DNA from: an uncultured Bacilli bacterium
GTDB lineage: Bacteria > Bacillota_I > Bacilli_A > RF39 > UBA660
Direction: 5' to 3'
DNA length: 61,396 nucleotides
NCBI GenBank assembly: GCA_944355355.1
Contig: CALVQE010000003.1
Location: 1-61,396, forward strand
The position numbers were made by a program, and so were the translations under genes. The notes beneath the pieces are model-generated. The model saw only the letters and a program-made list of their open reading frames with translations, was not told the origin of the DNA and ran no database searches. Positions 16,193 through 26,093 of this stretch are shown one piece after another; within the stretch, counting starts at the first letter, position 1, and each line of letters begins with the position of its first letter.

Positions 16193-17977
16193 ATGAAAAA
16201 TAAGAGTATTATGGTAAAGATTTTTCTATCTTTTGTCTTCTTTATAGCTTTAAGTTCTAATGTTTCAGCTAGTACGACGGGAACAATTACTGGAAATGAA
16301 GTTTCTTTTCGTAATGGGGCAGGAACGAACAATTTAGTTATTCGTTATTTGTATTCTGGAAATATTGTGACTGTAGAAGATACAACTAAGGTTGTCGGAA
16401 ACGGTTGTTCCGATGGTTGGTATCGGGTGAATTATAATGGTACTAGTGGATATGTTTGTTCTACTTATGTTGCTTTAGCAGGAGAAAGTTATAGTGCTTC
16501 TTATGCTAGACCTTGGACTAGTCCTAAAAAGGCTATTATGGGTGGAGCTGCGTTTATTGCAGGAGATTATATTTCGGCTGGTCAGAACACAAGTTATTTA
16601 AAGAAGTTTAATGTTAATCCTAATGCTGATAATGCTCAGAATACGCATCAGTATATGGCTAATTTAGCAGCACCTTATAATGAGGCTTTATCGAGTTATC
16701 GAAGTTATCAAGAAAATGGATTACTTTCTTTGCCTTTACATTTTACTATTCCAGTGTTTTTAAATATGCCTAGTAAAACTTCACATCCTAAGTATGGGGA
16801 GGAAGTTGGTGGAACTAGTACGGTTACGGATCAAGCTTTTGAGAATATGTTAGATGCTGAGGGGTTTGATGAGACTTACAAGGTATGGTTAAGGGAGTTA
16901 CATAATCAATATCCTAATTGGACATTTGAGGCTTTACATACGAACCTTGATTTTGCTAGTACAGTTTCTATTCAACAGAGTATTGGTTCAATTCAAAAGT
17001 GGAATTGTTCTGAGTGTGTGCAACAGCCTGAGGTGGAAACAGAATCAGGTTGGTATATTGCAACTAGACAAACAGTTGAATATTTCTTAGATCCTCGTAA
17101 TTTCTTAATGGCTGATAGTGTTTTGATGTTTGAAGATCTTTCTTATAATGATATTTATAAGGAAGAAACTGTTAAATCGGTGTTAGCTGGTACTTTTATG
17201 AGTGGTAATGATCAGGTTGATAATGTTTCTTATTCTAGTATGTTTATGGAAGCTGGTAAAACGTATAATGTCAATCCTGTGTATTTAGCTTCTTTATCTA
17301 GGCAAGAAGTTGGGGCGACGATGGGACTTGTAACAAGCGGTGAACAGTTTGAATATAAAGGGATTACTTATGTTGGTTTTTATAATTTTTATAATATAGG
17401 TGCTTATTCGAGTGAGGAAAATCCTGCCAAAGCTGGTTTAGTATTTGCATCAGCTGGTTCTACGCCTAATAGTGATGGTATTTATGTTGGTAATGTTGGT
17501 AGTAGCGGTTCTGGTGATTCAAAACCTGTAGAGGATCCTGATACGCCAAGTACTGTTCCAGTAGCTACGTTAATTGCTAATATGGGATTAAATCGAAAAG
17601 GAACATATTTGACTAATCTTTCTTTGAATACTAAAGTTAGTACGTTGAAGGGGAAGATTTCTGGGCAAACTGTGACTTTTAAAAGTGCTTCTGGTAATGT
17701 TCTTGGTGATACGGAAAAGCTTACGACTGGATCGACAGTTACTTTTAGTACTGGAGAGGTATATACTGTGGTTATTTACGGTGATTTAACGGGTGATGGT
17801 GAAGTGGATTCTGCTGATTTACTTCGGATGCGTCAACAATTGCTTGGTAAAGTTACTTTAAGTGGATCTTATTTGGAGGCAGCCCACGTTTATAATACTA
17901 GTGGTTCTGTGGACTCGTCTGATTTGTTAAGATTACGTCAACATTTACTTGGAAAGACTTATATTAATCAAGCTTAA
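16193..17977 (+). CDS. Secreted SH3b + glucosaminidase-like peptidoglycan hydrolase with a C-terminal dockerin
   Basis: Signal peptide and an SH3_3-like segment (GWYRVNYNGTSGYV). YLASLSRQEVG is glucosaminidase-like. Two dockerin repeats, GDLTGDGEVDSADLLRMRQQLLGK and NTSGSVDSSDLLRLRQHLLGK, span nt 17780-17956. Confidence 0.65.
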   Translation: MKNKSIMVKIFLSFVFFIALSSNVSASTTGTITGNEVSFRNGAGTNNLVIRYLYSGNIVTVEDTTKVVGNGCSDGWYRVNYNGTSGYVCSTYVALAGESYSASYARPWTSPKKAIMGGAAFIAGDYISAGQNTSYLKKFNVNPNADNAQNTHQYMANLAAPYNEALSSYRSYQENGLLSLPLHFTIPVFLNMPSKTSHPKYGEEVGGTSTVTDQAFENMLDAEGFDETYKVWLRELHNQYPNWTFEALHTNLDFASTVSIQQSIGSIQKWNCSECVQQPEVETESGWYIATRQTVEYFLDPRNFLMADSVLMFEDLSYNDIYKEETVKSVLAGTFMSGNDQVDNVSYSSMFMEAGKTYNVNPVYLASLSRQEVGATMGLVTSGEQFEYKGITYVGFYNFYNIGAYSSEENPAKAGLVFASAGSTPNSDGIYVGNVGSSGSGDSKPVEDPDTPSTVPVATLIANMGLNRKGTYLTNLSLNTKVSTLKGKISGQTVTFKSASGNVLGDTEKLTTGSTVTFSTGEVYTVVIYGDLTGDGEVDSADLLRMRQQLLGKVTLSGSYLEAAHVYNTSGSVDSSDLLRLRQHLLGKTYINQA

Positions 17978-17988
17978 AAGGAGGTAAA

Positions 17989-19629
17989 ATGAAAATTATT
18001 AAACGTGCGGGAATTATTTTGGTCTTTAGTTTCCTTTTTTCGGTGACTGAGGTATCTGCGGCTAGTATGTCTGTTTCGGCATCAGCAAATTATATTGAAT
18101 CTGGTAATCGTGTAACATTTTATATTACGCTTAATAATGTTGCCGCTTGGGATTTAACGGGGACTGGTTATGGGGCAACTACAAATTGTTCTTTAGGTGA
18201 TGCTGGGGTTGATGCTTCTGGAACGGGTAGTAATATTAATAAGACTTTGTCTGTTACTTGTACTGCTTCTTCTGTTGGTCAAATTAGTTTTTCTGTTTCT
18301 GGTAATGTTAGTTCGGCTAGTGGAAATAATATAGAGAAAACAAATGTCAGCGGTTCTAAAATAGTGGTTGTTACTGCTCCGAGGGAAAAGGATTCTAATA
18401 ATTATTTAAAAAGTATTGGTGTTACTGGATATACACTTACTCCCGAGTTTAATCAGGATACATTAGAGTATAGTGTAGATGTTCCAGCGACCGTGGATAA
18501 GGTTACTTTGGAAGCTAGTGCTGCTAGTAGTTATGCAACGGTAAGTGGAACTGGCGAGGTTGAAGTTAATGAAGGAGCTAATTCTTTTGAAATTAAAGTT
18601 ACAAGTGAGACAGGTGTAGAGCGTATTTATAAAGTTACGGTTAATGTAAAAGATGAAAATCCGATTGAAGTTTCTATTGATGGTAATAGTTATACGGTAA
18701 TGAAGAATGCGAAGAATCTTGAGACTCCTTCTACGTATGAAGCTACTACTGTTAAGATTAATGATTTTGATATTCCAGCTTTTTATAGTGAGACTTCAAA
18801 GTATACATTGGTTGGTGTAAAAGATAGTAAGGGTGATACGTTCTTTGCTATTTATGATAAAGATAAAAATTCTTATACATTGTATAATGAAAATAAATCG
18901 GATCAACTGTTGCTTTATATTCGGGATATAACGAGTGAAATGGATGGTTTTGTTAAGGATAAAGTAACGATTAATGAAGTGAGTTATGATTGTTTTAAGT
19001 CTAATGATGGATCGCTTACTTTGGTTTATGCAATGAATATTGTGACTGGTAAAGAAGACTATTATCTTTATGATAAAGAGGAAAATACTTTTTTGTTGTA
19101 TGATGATTCTTTGATTGTTTCTTTAACAAATGAAGTGAATAAGTATAAAATGACGATTTTATATATGGCTGCAGCAATTATTTTCTTAATTATTGTCATT
19201 TTTGGAATGCTTCTTAAACGTTCTAAGAAAAAAGTAAGGGTTAAGTATCCTTCTGATGAGGTGAAGGTAGAGAAAATTAGTCCAGAAATTAAGAAAAATG
19301 AAGAAGTTAAGAATAAAAAGAATAATGTTAAAGAAGATGTGAAAGAAGAAGCTCAGAAAATGGTAGACAAACAGTTAGAGGATTCGACTGTAAAGAATAA
19401 TAAAGATAGAAAGAACAAGAAAAAGTCTAAGGATGAAGCTATTGATGAAGTGAATAAGGCTTCAGAGATTATTGAAAATTATGAAAAGACGATTCGATTG
19501 AGTCAAAAGGAACTAGCTAAGAAGAAAAAAGAGATGGAAGAAAAGGAAAAAAATACGGAAGTTACTATGTATGATATTTTTGAGGATGATCGGAAGAAAA
19601 AGTCTAAAAAGAAAAAGAAGAAAAATTAA
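17989..19629 (+). CDS. Membrane-anchored surface protein with a cadherin-like beta-sandwich domain and a Lys-rich cytoplasmic tail
   Basis: Signal peptide. LKSIGVTGYTLTPEFNQDTLEYSVDVP...IYKVTVNV resembles the Cadherin-like (PF12733-type) domain. One TM (AAAIIFLIIVIFGMLL), then a K/E-rich tail. Confidence 0.6.
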   Translation: MKIIKRAGIILVFSFLFSVTEVSAASMSVSASANYIESGNRVTFYITLNNVAAWDLTGTGYGATTNCSLGDAGVDASGTGSNINKTLSVTCTASSVGQISFSVSGNVSSASGNNIEKTNVSGSKIVVVTAPREKDSNNYLKSIGVTGYTLTPEFNQDTLEYSVDVPATVDKVTLEASAASSYATVSGTGEVEVNEGANSFEIKVTSETGVERIYKVTVNVKDENPIEVSIDGNSYTVMKNAKNLETPSTYEATTVKINDFDIPAFYSETSKYTLVGVKDSKGDTFFAIYDKDKNSYTLYNENKSDQLLLYIRDITSEMDGFVKDKVTINEVSYDCFKSNDGSLTLVYAMNIVTGKEDYYLYDKEENTFLLYDDSLIVSLTNEVNKYKMTILYMAAAIIFLIIVIFGMLLKRSKKKVRVKYPSDEVKVEKISPEIKKNEEVKNKKNNVKEDVKEEAQKMVDKQLEDSTVKNNKDRKNKKKSKDEAIDEVNKASEIIENYEKTIRLSQKELAKKKKEMEEKEKNTEVTMYDIFEDDRKKKSKKKKKKN

Positions 19630-19630
19630 G

Positions 19631-19656
19631 ACAGGTTGATTAAGCCTGTTTTTTTG
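19631..19656 (+). terminator. Putative intrinsic terminator
   Basis: ACAGG..CCTGT stem followed by T7. Confidence 0.45.
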
Positions 19657-19713
19657 AAAAGATGATTTTTTGGATGACAAATTTGGTATATTGTTAGTTT
19701 TATCTTGACTATT

Positions 19714-20706
19714 TTATTTGTGAAAGGATTTTTTGTAAACTAAACATGCGTCTTTTTCATGTGTTGGGACGTCACTTAAAAAAACATTTTCAAAGTGGCA
19801 AGTAGACTGAAAAGATTCATAATAGTATGTATTATCTGGGAATACTTCATCGCGTATTTTTTTATTAAAAATAGCCGGTTCATCACATTCTTCGAGAATA
19901 GTATAAATATAACCAATAATTATAATGCCGTCATCATTGAGATTCGCTTTATATCTCATTATAAAATTTTTAAATTTTTGTAATGCGGCTTTTTCTTCTT
20001 CAAGTTTTGTTTCATAAAGTGTGTCTGGGTTGAATATACTATTTGCATATTGGATAAGATTCGAAAAGTACATTAAATCATAGTGTTTGTTTAGTACTAA
20101 ATCTTTAAGATTTTTGTTTATAAATGTTATTTTTATAGACGGTGACATTTCTTTAATTTTTTTAAAATCTCTGTCATTTAAATAATGAACTGTTTTTTCT
20201 AAAGTGGATCTTTTATATTCATCGAAGGAAAAAAGACAATCTTTTTCTCTAATTTTATAGCCCTTATATCTGGTAAATAAGTTAGTCCAAAACTTATAAC
20301 TATTTCCTTTTAAAAAGGGGATAATTTTTACAAAAATTTTTTCGTTAAAGCTTTCTAATGATTCTGTATAATCTTGGCTACTCCAAAAAAATGACAGATA
20401 TTCTTCTTTGGTTAAATCAGCTCTTAAAGCAGCTCTCTTTAGATAAAATAAATACTTAGTTAAAGGGTTTATATCAAAAGCAGTGACACTTTTTGCGCCT
20501 CTTAGGTACATATCAAACACTTGGTCAGATGATCCTAATACGCTTAGGCAATCTTTTTCTTTAAAATTAAAACAATCAAACATACCGTTTATGTTCTCAT
20601 TTGTAAACGGATAAATCATATCAAACATGCTATCACGGTTTCGATAAAATGCATGATTTTCTATCAAATATTTTGCTTTTTTTAAATCGTTTTCTAGATT
20701 GGACAT
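19714..20706 (-). CDS. DUF3419 / BtaA-like SAM-dependent transferase family protein
   Basis: CLSVLGSSDQVFDMYLRGAKSVTAFDINPLTKYLFYLKRAAL follows the DUF3419 pattern (SaG.n.l..ll.g...V.avDlNp.Q..ll.LK.aa). Confidence 0.55.
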   Translation of the reverse strand: MSNLENDLKKAKYLIENHAFYRNRDSMFDMIYPFTNENINGMFDCFNFKEKDCLSVLGSSDQVFDMYLRGAKSVTAFDINPLTKYLFYLKRAALRADLTKEEYLSFFWSSQDYTESLESFNEKIFVKIIPFLKGNSYKFWTNLFTRYKGYKIREKDCLFSFDEYKRSTLEKTVHYLNDRDFKKIKEMSPSIKITFINKNLKDLVLNKHYDLMYFSNLIQYANSIFNPDTLYETKLEEEKAALQKFKNFIMRYKANLNDDGIIIIGYIYTILEECDEPAIFNKKIRDEVFPDNTYYYESFQSTCHFENVFLSDVPTHEKDACLVYKKSFHK

Positions 20707-20858
20707 AGTATCACCTCATGCTTTACTAGTCTAGCATTTTTATAATTCGAAGTAAAGAATTAGTTTGTTTTTTTAAGTATATAAGGGGGGATACTGTTAA
20801 ATACTTTTATTTGAAGTGGGGTGATTAAATCTGTTTTTTCTTTGAGGTTTTTGATATA

Positions 20859-21152
20859 ATGGTAGTTAAGAAGGAGTTGTTTGTTTTGGAAAAAGAAAAG
20901 ATACAATTGGATAAGGTTGACGCAATGTTGACGGGGTTTGGAGTGGCAGGTATTATCTTTTTTGTTAAGTTACTTGAACAGGCTATTTTGGCTGATCATC
21001 TTGTTGAAACTTTAGGTTATGGATTTGGGACTTTTTTGAGTTTTGAGACGGCTTCTTTTGCCATACCTATGGAAGTTTATTTACTTTATATGAAAAAGAA
21101 AGATCTTCTTGAAGAAAAAAAGCGAAGAATGGAAAATGATTTGAAATTATAG
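20859..21152 (+). CDS. Small hypothetical membrane protein
   Basis: 97-aa ORF with two hydrophobic segments, directly upstream of the ligase-like gene and on the same strand. Confidence 0.4.
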   Translation: MVVKKELFVLEKEKIQLDKVDAMLTGFGVAGIIFFVKLLEQAILADHLVETLGYGFGTFLSFETASFAIPMEVYLLYMKKKDLLEEKKRRMENDLKL

Positions 21153-21161
21153 GAGAGACTA

Positions 21162-22388
21162 ATGGTTAAAGATAAAGAAAAGTTTGTTTATTATTTTCTG
21201 CTTTTTCTTCCTATTATTGATTTATTTACGTCTATTGCAACTTGGGAAGGGTGGCCTAGTATTGGGCTTGTTTTGAAAGGCTTTTTTCTTCTTTTTGCTG
21301 TTGTTTTCCTTTTGAAAAAAAATTATAAGAAGAGGTATTATTGGTTTTTTTTCTTTTTGGTACTTCTTTATGGATTACTTGATATTGGATATTGGATGTT
21401 ACAAAATCCTTCTAATGTTATAACGGAAATTACGCATTTGATTAAGGTTTTTTATTTGCCGGTGCTCGTTTTGTTTTTTGGTCAATATGAAAATAAGTAT
21501 TTATCTAAGAAGACATTTTTCTATTTATCTTGTTTGTTTCTTTTGTTTTATTTAGTTCCTTATCCTTTTGGTCTTGGCCATAATATTTCTGAGGTATATC
21601 CTAATAAAGATCTGTATCTTTCTTATTTTTATATCGGAAATGAACTTGCGAACATTTTTATTATATTAGTTCCTGTTGGAATAATGTATTTGCTAGAAGT
21701 GAAGAAGAAGGTTTGGTTAGGAATTTATTTGCTTTTTGTTTTCTTTATGCTATTGCTTTTAGGTACAAAAACGATGTATATTAGTGTTTTTCTTATATTA
21801 ATTTATTTTCTTTTGCGATATCGTAAGTGTGTATGGAAGATAGTTCGTAAGCATTTAGTATTGTTTGGAGTAGTTATTGTTTTTGGAATATCTTTTTTAG
21901 GTATATATTTGCCAAGAAGTCAGTTTTGGAAAAATATTGAGACGTCTTTAAATTTTTATGAGGTTAATTCTTTAAGAGATTTGTTTACTTTAGAAAATAT
22001 TGATAATATTATTTATAGTAATCGTTTGGATTTTTTAGGGAATGTTCATGAGGAATATGCTCGTGGTTCATTATCCGTGAAATTGTTGGGATTGGGTCGA
22101 ACTAGGATTGCTGAGATAAAGGATATAGAAATTGATTTGTTTGATATTTTCTATAGTATCGGTATAATAGGTTTTATGGTGTATGTTTTGTTTTTTGGAT
22201 TTGCTTTAAGACAAGTTAGATTGACTGGTATTTATTTATTTTTGTTTATTCTTTTAGGTGTTATTTCTATGTTTACAGGACATGTGCTTATTAGTCCGAT
22301 GACTTCTACTTATTTGGCTTTGTTATTCGGTGTTTGTTTAGAGGAAAGGAGGAGTTCGTGTGAAATCATGGACCAAAAAGCAACTTAG
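21162..22388 (+). CDS. O-antigen ligase/polymerase-like (Wzy_C-type) polytopic membrane protein
   Basis: At least 10 predicted TM segments. The motif block IEIDLFDIFYSIGIIGFMVY is shared with the middle domain of the 847-aa protein at 28355. Confidence 0.55.
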   Translation: MVKDKEKFVYYFLLFLPIIDLFTSIATWEGWPSIGLVLKGFFLLFAVVFLLKKNYKKRYYWFFFFLVLLYGLLDIGYWMLQNPSNVITEITHLIKVFYLPVLVLFFGQYENKYLSKKTFFYLSCLFLLFYLVPYPFGLGHNISEVYPNKDLYLSYFYIGNELANIFIILVPVGIMYLLEVKKKVWLGIYLLFVFFMLLLLGTKTMYISVFLILIYFLLRYRKCVWKIVRKHLVLFGVVIVFGISFLGIYLPRSQFWKNIETSLNFYEVNSLRDLFTLENIDNIIYSNRLDFLGNVHEEYARGSLSVKLLGLGRTRIAEIKDIEIDLFDIFYSIGIIGFMVYVLFFGFALRQVRLTGIYLFLFILLGVISMFTGHVLISPMTSTYLALLFGVCLEERRSSCEIMDQKAT

Positions 22389-22905
22389 ACGACTTAGAAT
22401 TGCTTGTATGATTAATAGTGATAAAAGAAATGCTTATTTAAAAAAACATCATATTTTTTATGAAATGGGTGATAATGTTTTTTTTCAACCTCGGTTTATT
22501 CCTTCTGATCCTAAGTTGATTCGTTTTCATAACAATATTGTGGTAACAAGTAATGTTACGTTTGTGACGCATGATATTTTTCATTTGGCTTTAAATAATA
22601 TAGAAAAGGGAAGTTTTTCTTATTGTCAAGAATGTATTGAAGTGATGGATAATGTGCTTATTGGGTGTAATTCAACGATTTTAGGTGGTGTAAGAATTGG
22701 GCCAAATGCTTTAATTGCAGCTGGTAGTGTGGTGACGCATGATGTGGAGCCTAATACAGTTGTGGCAGGAAATCCAGCAAAGGTGATTGGAACTTTTGAT
22801 GATTTTGTAAAAAAGAGACGAGAGAGTACTTATATGATGAGTAATGAAGCATTGTGGGAGAAGTTTTATCGCGAAAAAGAGAAAAGAAACGAGTGTAAAA
22901 AATAA
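22360..22905 (+). CDS. Hexapeptide-repeat (LbH) O-acetyltransferase
   Basis: IGCNSTILGGVRIGPNALIAAGSVVTHDVEPNTVVAGNPAKVIG. Start uncertain (22360 or ATG 22408). Confidence 0.8.
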   Translation: MKSWTKKQLRRLRIACMINSDKRNAYLKKHHIFYEMGDNVFFQPRFIPSDPKLIRFHNNIVVTSNVTFVTHDIFHLALNNIEKGSFSYCQECIEVMDNVLIGCNSTILGGVRIGPNALIAAGSVVTHDVEPNTVVAGNPAKVIGTFDDFVKKRRESTYMMSNEALWEKFYREKEKRNECKK

Positions 22906-22956
22906 AATTAGTTTAGGTTTTTTAATGTAGAAAACATGAAAAGTGAAAAGGGCTGA

Positions 22957-23259
22957 AGCCATGCTCACGTAGAACAATTATTTGACTATTCTAGTGACAT
23001 TAGAAGAGTTATGTATGCAACTAATGCCATTGAATCTGTAAATTCATCCTTTAAAAAAGTCACAAAAAAAGGAACATTTCCTAGTGAAGATGCCCTTTTA
23101 AAAGTTCTTTATTTAAGGATAACAGAATTGCAAAAAAAGTGGGACAAAGCACATGTTCATAACTGGGCTATGGTGCATAATCAACTTGATGCTCATCCTA
23201 AATTTAAGGATAGAATTCGTAAATACAATCATTGCTCTTTGACAATTTGGTTTTTATGA
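22957..23259 (+). pseudogene. C-terminal fragment of an IS256-family transposase
   Basis: SHAHVEQLFDYSSDIRRVMYATNAIESVNSSFKKVTKKGTFPSEDALLKVLYL..KKW matches the conserved IS256 (Transposase_mut) C-terminus. The reading frame opens right after a TGA at 22954. Confidence 0.8.
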
Positions 23260-23396
23260 AATTTCAAACAACTTACACATTTTTCTTGATATATCTTGTA
23301 TGCTAGTTTTACAGCTTAAAAACAAGTTTTTTAATATTCGTCACATTGATTTTTTATTCATCCTATTATCCTCGTGTTTATAACCTTTGTTATATT

Positions 23397-25058
23397 TTAA
23401 TCAAGGTATTGTTCTAAATTGTTTATAACTTTTTTGAATTCATCTAACATTGCTGGTCTGTCACGAAAATATTGTTCGTTAATTTCTTTTAATATAGACT
23501 TTACAGTTTCAAGAGAATTGTCGATACGGATAATGTGATTTACTTTAATTGCCACATTTCTATATGCTGTTCTATTACTTGATCTACGAGCTGCATTAAG
23601 ACAAGAATTTTTATAAATGTCTAATAGTTCTTTGTTGTATTTTGGTAATAAGTACTTTTCATATTGTTCTATATTTTCCATGTTATAATGACATACATTT
23701 AAAAATAGATTATTATACATTTTTTCTTCAATATAGATTTGGTTTAGTATTCTGTCTGTAAAATTATCTTTCTTAAGCTTATTGATTATTTTTTGTTTTT
23801 CTTCATTCCAATCATTATTAGAATATAACTCTTTTATTTTAAGATAAGTGTCAAAGTCATAATTGGAATATTTATGGAATAAATCGTATAGCATGGTTTT
23901 ATACTCATTATTCATTTTATTCTTAGCATAGATTTCTACCAGTTTCGAAGCGTATTTATTATTTTTGTATTTATCGTCGTTTAAGTTCATTTTTAATTTG
24001 TTTATTGCGTCTTCTAATCTTTTGTTTTTGATTAGTTCATCGACATACATCAGGCAAACATTTTCATCATAACTATGTTCCTCTAATAGGGGAATAATTT
24101 TTTCATCTTTTTCTTTTAACTTATAAATTTGGATTAAATAATCTATGTAATTTTTTCTGTTAAAAAAATATTTTTTATCTTTAAATTTCTCTAGTGATAG
24201 TTCTAACGCCTCTTCTATTTTGTCGAGATATAGTTGTTCATCAATAAAATATTGTAAAATGTTTTTTAGAACGATGCCATAATTGTATAAATTTGCGGTT
24301 TTAACATCGTTTATTACTAAGTTTAATATATCTTTTAATAGTTCATCTGAAGACTTGATGTTATTTAAAATATCCCATATGATATCTATACATTCTTCGG
24401 CGATCATTCCTGTCGAGCCATTTGAATCATCTATTTCTGTTTTTGGAATGGATGATAATATGACATTTGTAATTGTAAAGGCTGTATCGTAGTTTTTTTG
24501 CTCTATTAATTTTTTTGCTTCACTTATGAATCCAAGCATTACGTGCTCGTAGTGAAAGGAAGCTTCGTAATTAATATAACCGTATTTTTGATCCCCACAA
24601 CTTCTAATTGCGGTATAAATTATTTGTTCATAATTTTTTTGGGATAATGCTGGAAAAAATTCATTAAATTCTATTCTAAACCGATTTAGTAAAGCTTCAT
24701 CGTTTCTTAGACATTGATAAAGGAATTCTTTTACTTTTGCACTGTCAATTCTATTTATGATATTTTTTAAATCGTCACTCTTTTTTGGGGATAATTCTTT
24801 TTTTTCGTTTAGGTAGTATAAGACTGCAGCTATGTGTTTACAATACTTTTCATCTCTATTGTAAGAACAGCTACATTTTCCATCTAAAAAGGTATTATCT
24901 TCTATTATCATGCTTACTATGTAATCATCTTTTCCATGAACTATTGCTGTTATTTCATCACCGTTCATTTTGAATTTATCCACTTTACCTGAAATATAAT
25001 AATCATAACCTCTACTTAAAATATGGTTTAAAAATTTGTGTTCAAAATTTATATTCAT
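23397..25058 (-). CDS. SWIM zinc-finger protein with a long alpha-helical-repeat C-terminal region
   Basis: CxCx8CxH, read as KCSCSYNRDEKYCKHIAAV (nt 24834-24875). The remainder is K/N/E/L-rich and helical. Confidence 0.75.
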   Translation of the reverse strand: MNINFEHKFLNHILSRGYDYYISGKVDKFKMNGDEITAIVHGKDDYIVSMIIEDNTFLDGKCSCSYNRDEKYCKHIAAVLYYLNEKKELSPKKSDDLKNIINRIDSAKVKEFLYQCLRNDEALLNRFRIEFNEFFPALSQKNYEQIIYTAIRSCGDQKYGYINYEASFHYEHVMLGFISEAKKLIEQKNYDTAFTITNVILSSIPKTEIDDSNGSTGMIAEECIDIIWDILNNIKSSDELLKDILNLVINDVKTANLYNYGIVLKNILQYFIDEQLYLDKIEEALELSLEKFKDKKYFFNRKNYIDYLIQIYKLKEKDEKIIPLLEEHSYDENVCLMYVDELIKNKRLEDAINKLKMNLNDDKYKNNKYASKLVEIYAKNKMNNEYKTMLYDLFHKYSNYDFDTYLKIKELYSNNDWNEEKQKIINKLKKDNFTDRILNQIYIEEKMYNNLFLNVCHYNMENIEQYEKYLLPKYNKELLDIYKNSCLNAARRSSNRTAYRNVAIKVNHIIRIDNSLETVKSILKEINEQYFRDRPAMLDEFKKVINNLEQYLD

Positions 25059-25076
25059 ATACTTGCTCCTGTTCTT

Positions 25077-26093
25077 TTATTTAAACTTTTCGTTACATTT
25101 TTCCAGATCAAAATCATTGATGTCATACTCGCCCCAGGAATCATCTTCACCACTAAAGATTCTACTAAGTCCCCAAAGACCACCGCAGTCGTCTATAATA
25201 CCGTATCCCTTACCACTTAATACTTCAAATTCTTTGGGGCCATAGCCATTTTCTATTTTGCGAAGCGTTACATTAAATTGCCAACCATCTCCCCAATCAT
25301 ATATGATTTTCAAACGTTGTTTTTCTTTTAAATCCAGATAAGATAGTTCTAGATCTTCGAAAAATTCATCTAGGTATTCTTTGTTTATATTCATTTTATA
25401 AACATGAAATAAGTCGCCGTTCATAGAAAGAATTACATTTCGGCAAAAATCATCAATTATGATATTACTATTCACAGCAATTTTTCTTTTGATTTCTTTA
25501 TTAAAACCTTCTAGGGAAACGTTAAATATATATTTTTGAGGTAAAAATCTCATTTTTCTTTGTTTCTGATAGGCTTCAATTCTATCATTTGTTTCCTTAA
25601 TATCAAATTTCTTTTGTAAATATTCTTTTTTGTTTTTTGAAATCTGTGTTATAAATCTTTTGTTTTTTCCATCTAGCAGTTTTTTTAAATAGTAAGGACT
25701 TACATTATCCATGATGCCGTATCCTTTGCCTGATAACAATTTAAAATCTATCTTTTGATTTTCTAAATCGCTTTTTATTGTTTCCTCTACTTTTAATTCA
25801 AAGCAATATTCCTCATAAAAATTATAGTTGATATGCATAATAGAATTTTTTGTTAATTTTAAATCTTTTAAGGTTAAGTCAAACATGTTTTTTTCATTTT
25901 CAACGTTCTCTGTTATGTAAGAGTAATATGTAACTTCATCGTATTCTAAGTCATACATAAGTATTTTTTCCCCATTCATTGATACAATCACAAATTCACA
26001 TAATGTTGCTAACTCGATATTTTCATCCACTAGTATTTGTCTGTTAATTTTTGTTTCTAAGCTTTCTACTGTTACATTAAATAATATTTTCAT
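25077..26093 (-). CDS. Protein with two tandem pRiA4b ORF-3 / MM3350-like domains
   Basis: Domain 2 has IIYDWGDGWQFNVTL and GIIDDCGGLWG (family pattern YDFGDxWxH ... EDCGG). Domain 1 is a degenerate copy (HINYNFYEEYCFELKV, GKGYGIMDN). Confidence 0.7.
   Translation of the reverse strand: MKILFNVTVESLETKINRQILVDENIELATLCEFVIVSMNGEKILMYDLEYDEVTYYSYITENVENEKNMFDLTLKDLKLTKNSIMHINYNFYEEYCFELKVEETIKSDLENQKIDFKLLSGKGYGIMDNVSPYYLKKLLDGKNKRFITQISKNKKEYLQKKFDIKETNDRIEAYQKQRKMRFLPQKYIFNVSLEGFNKEIKRKIAVNSNIIIDDFCRNVILSMNGDLFHVYKMNINKEYLDEFFEDLELSYLDLKEKQRLKIIYDWGDGWQFNVTLRKIENGYGPKEFEVLSGKGYGIIDDCGGLWGLSRIFSGEDDSWGEYDINDFDLEKCNEKFK

Noticed and set aside
23260-23396. Intact IS256 terminal inverted repeat downstream of the transposase stub
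   Set aside because: I could not identify a matching left end or a target duplication, because the element is 5'-truncated. Only the coding remnant is reported.
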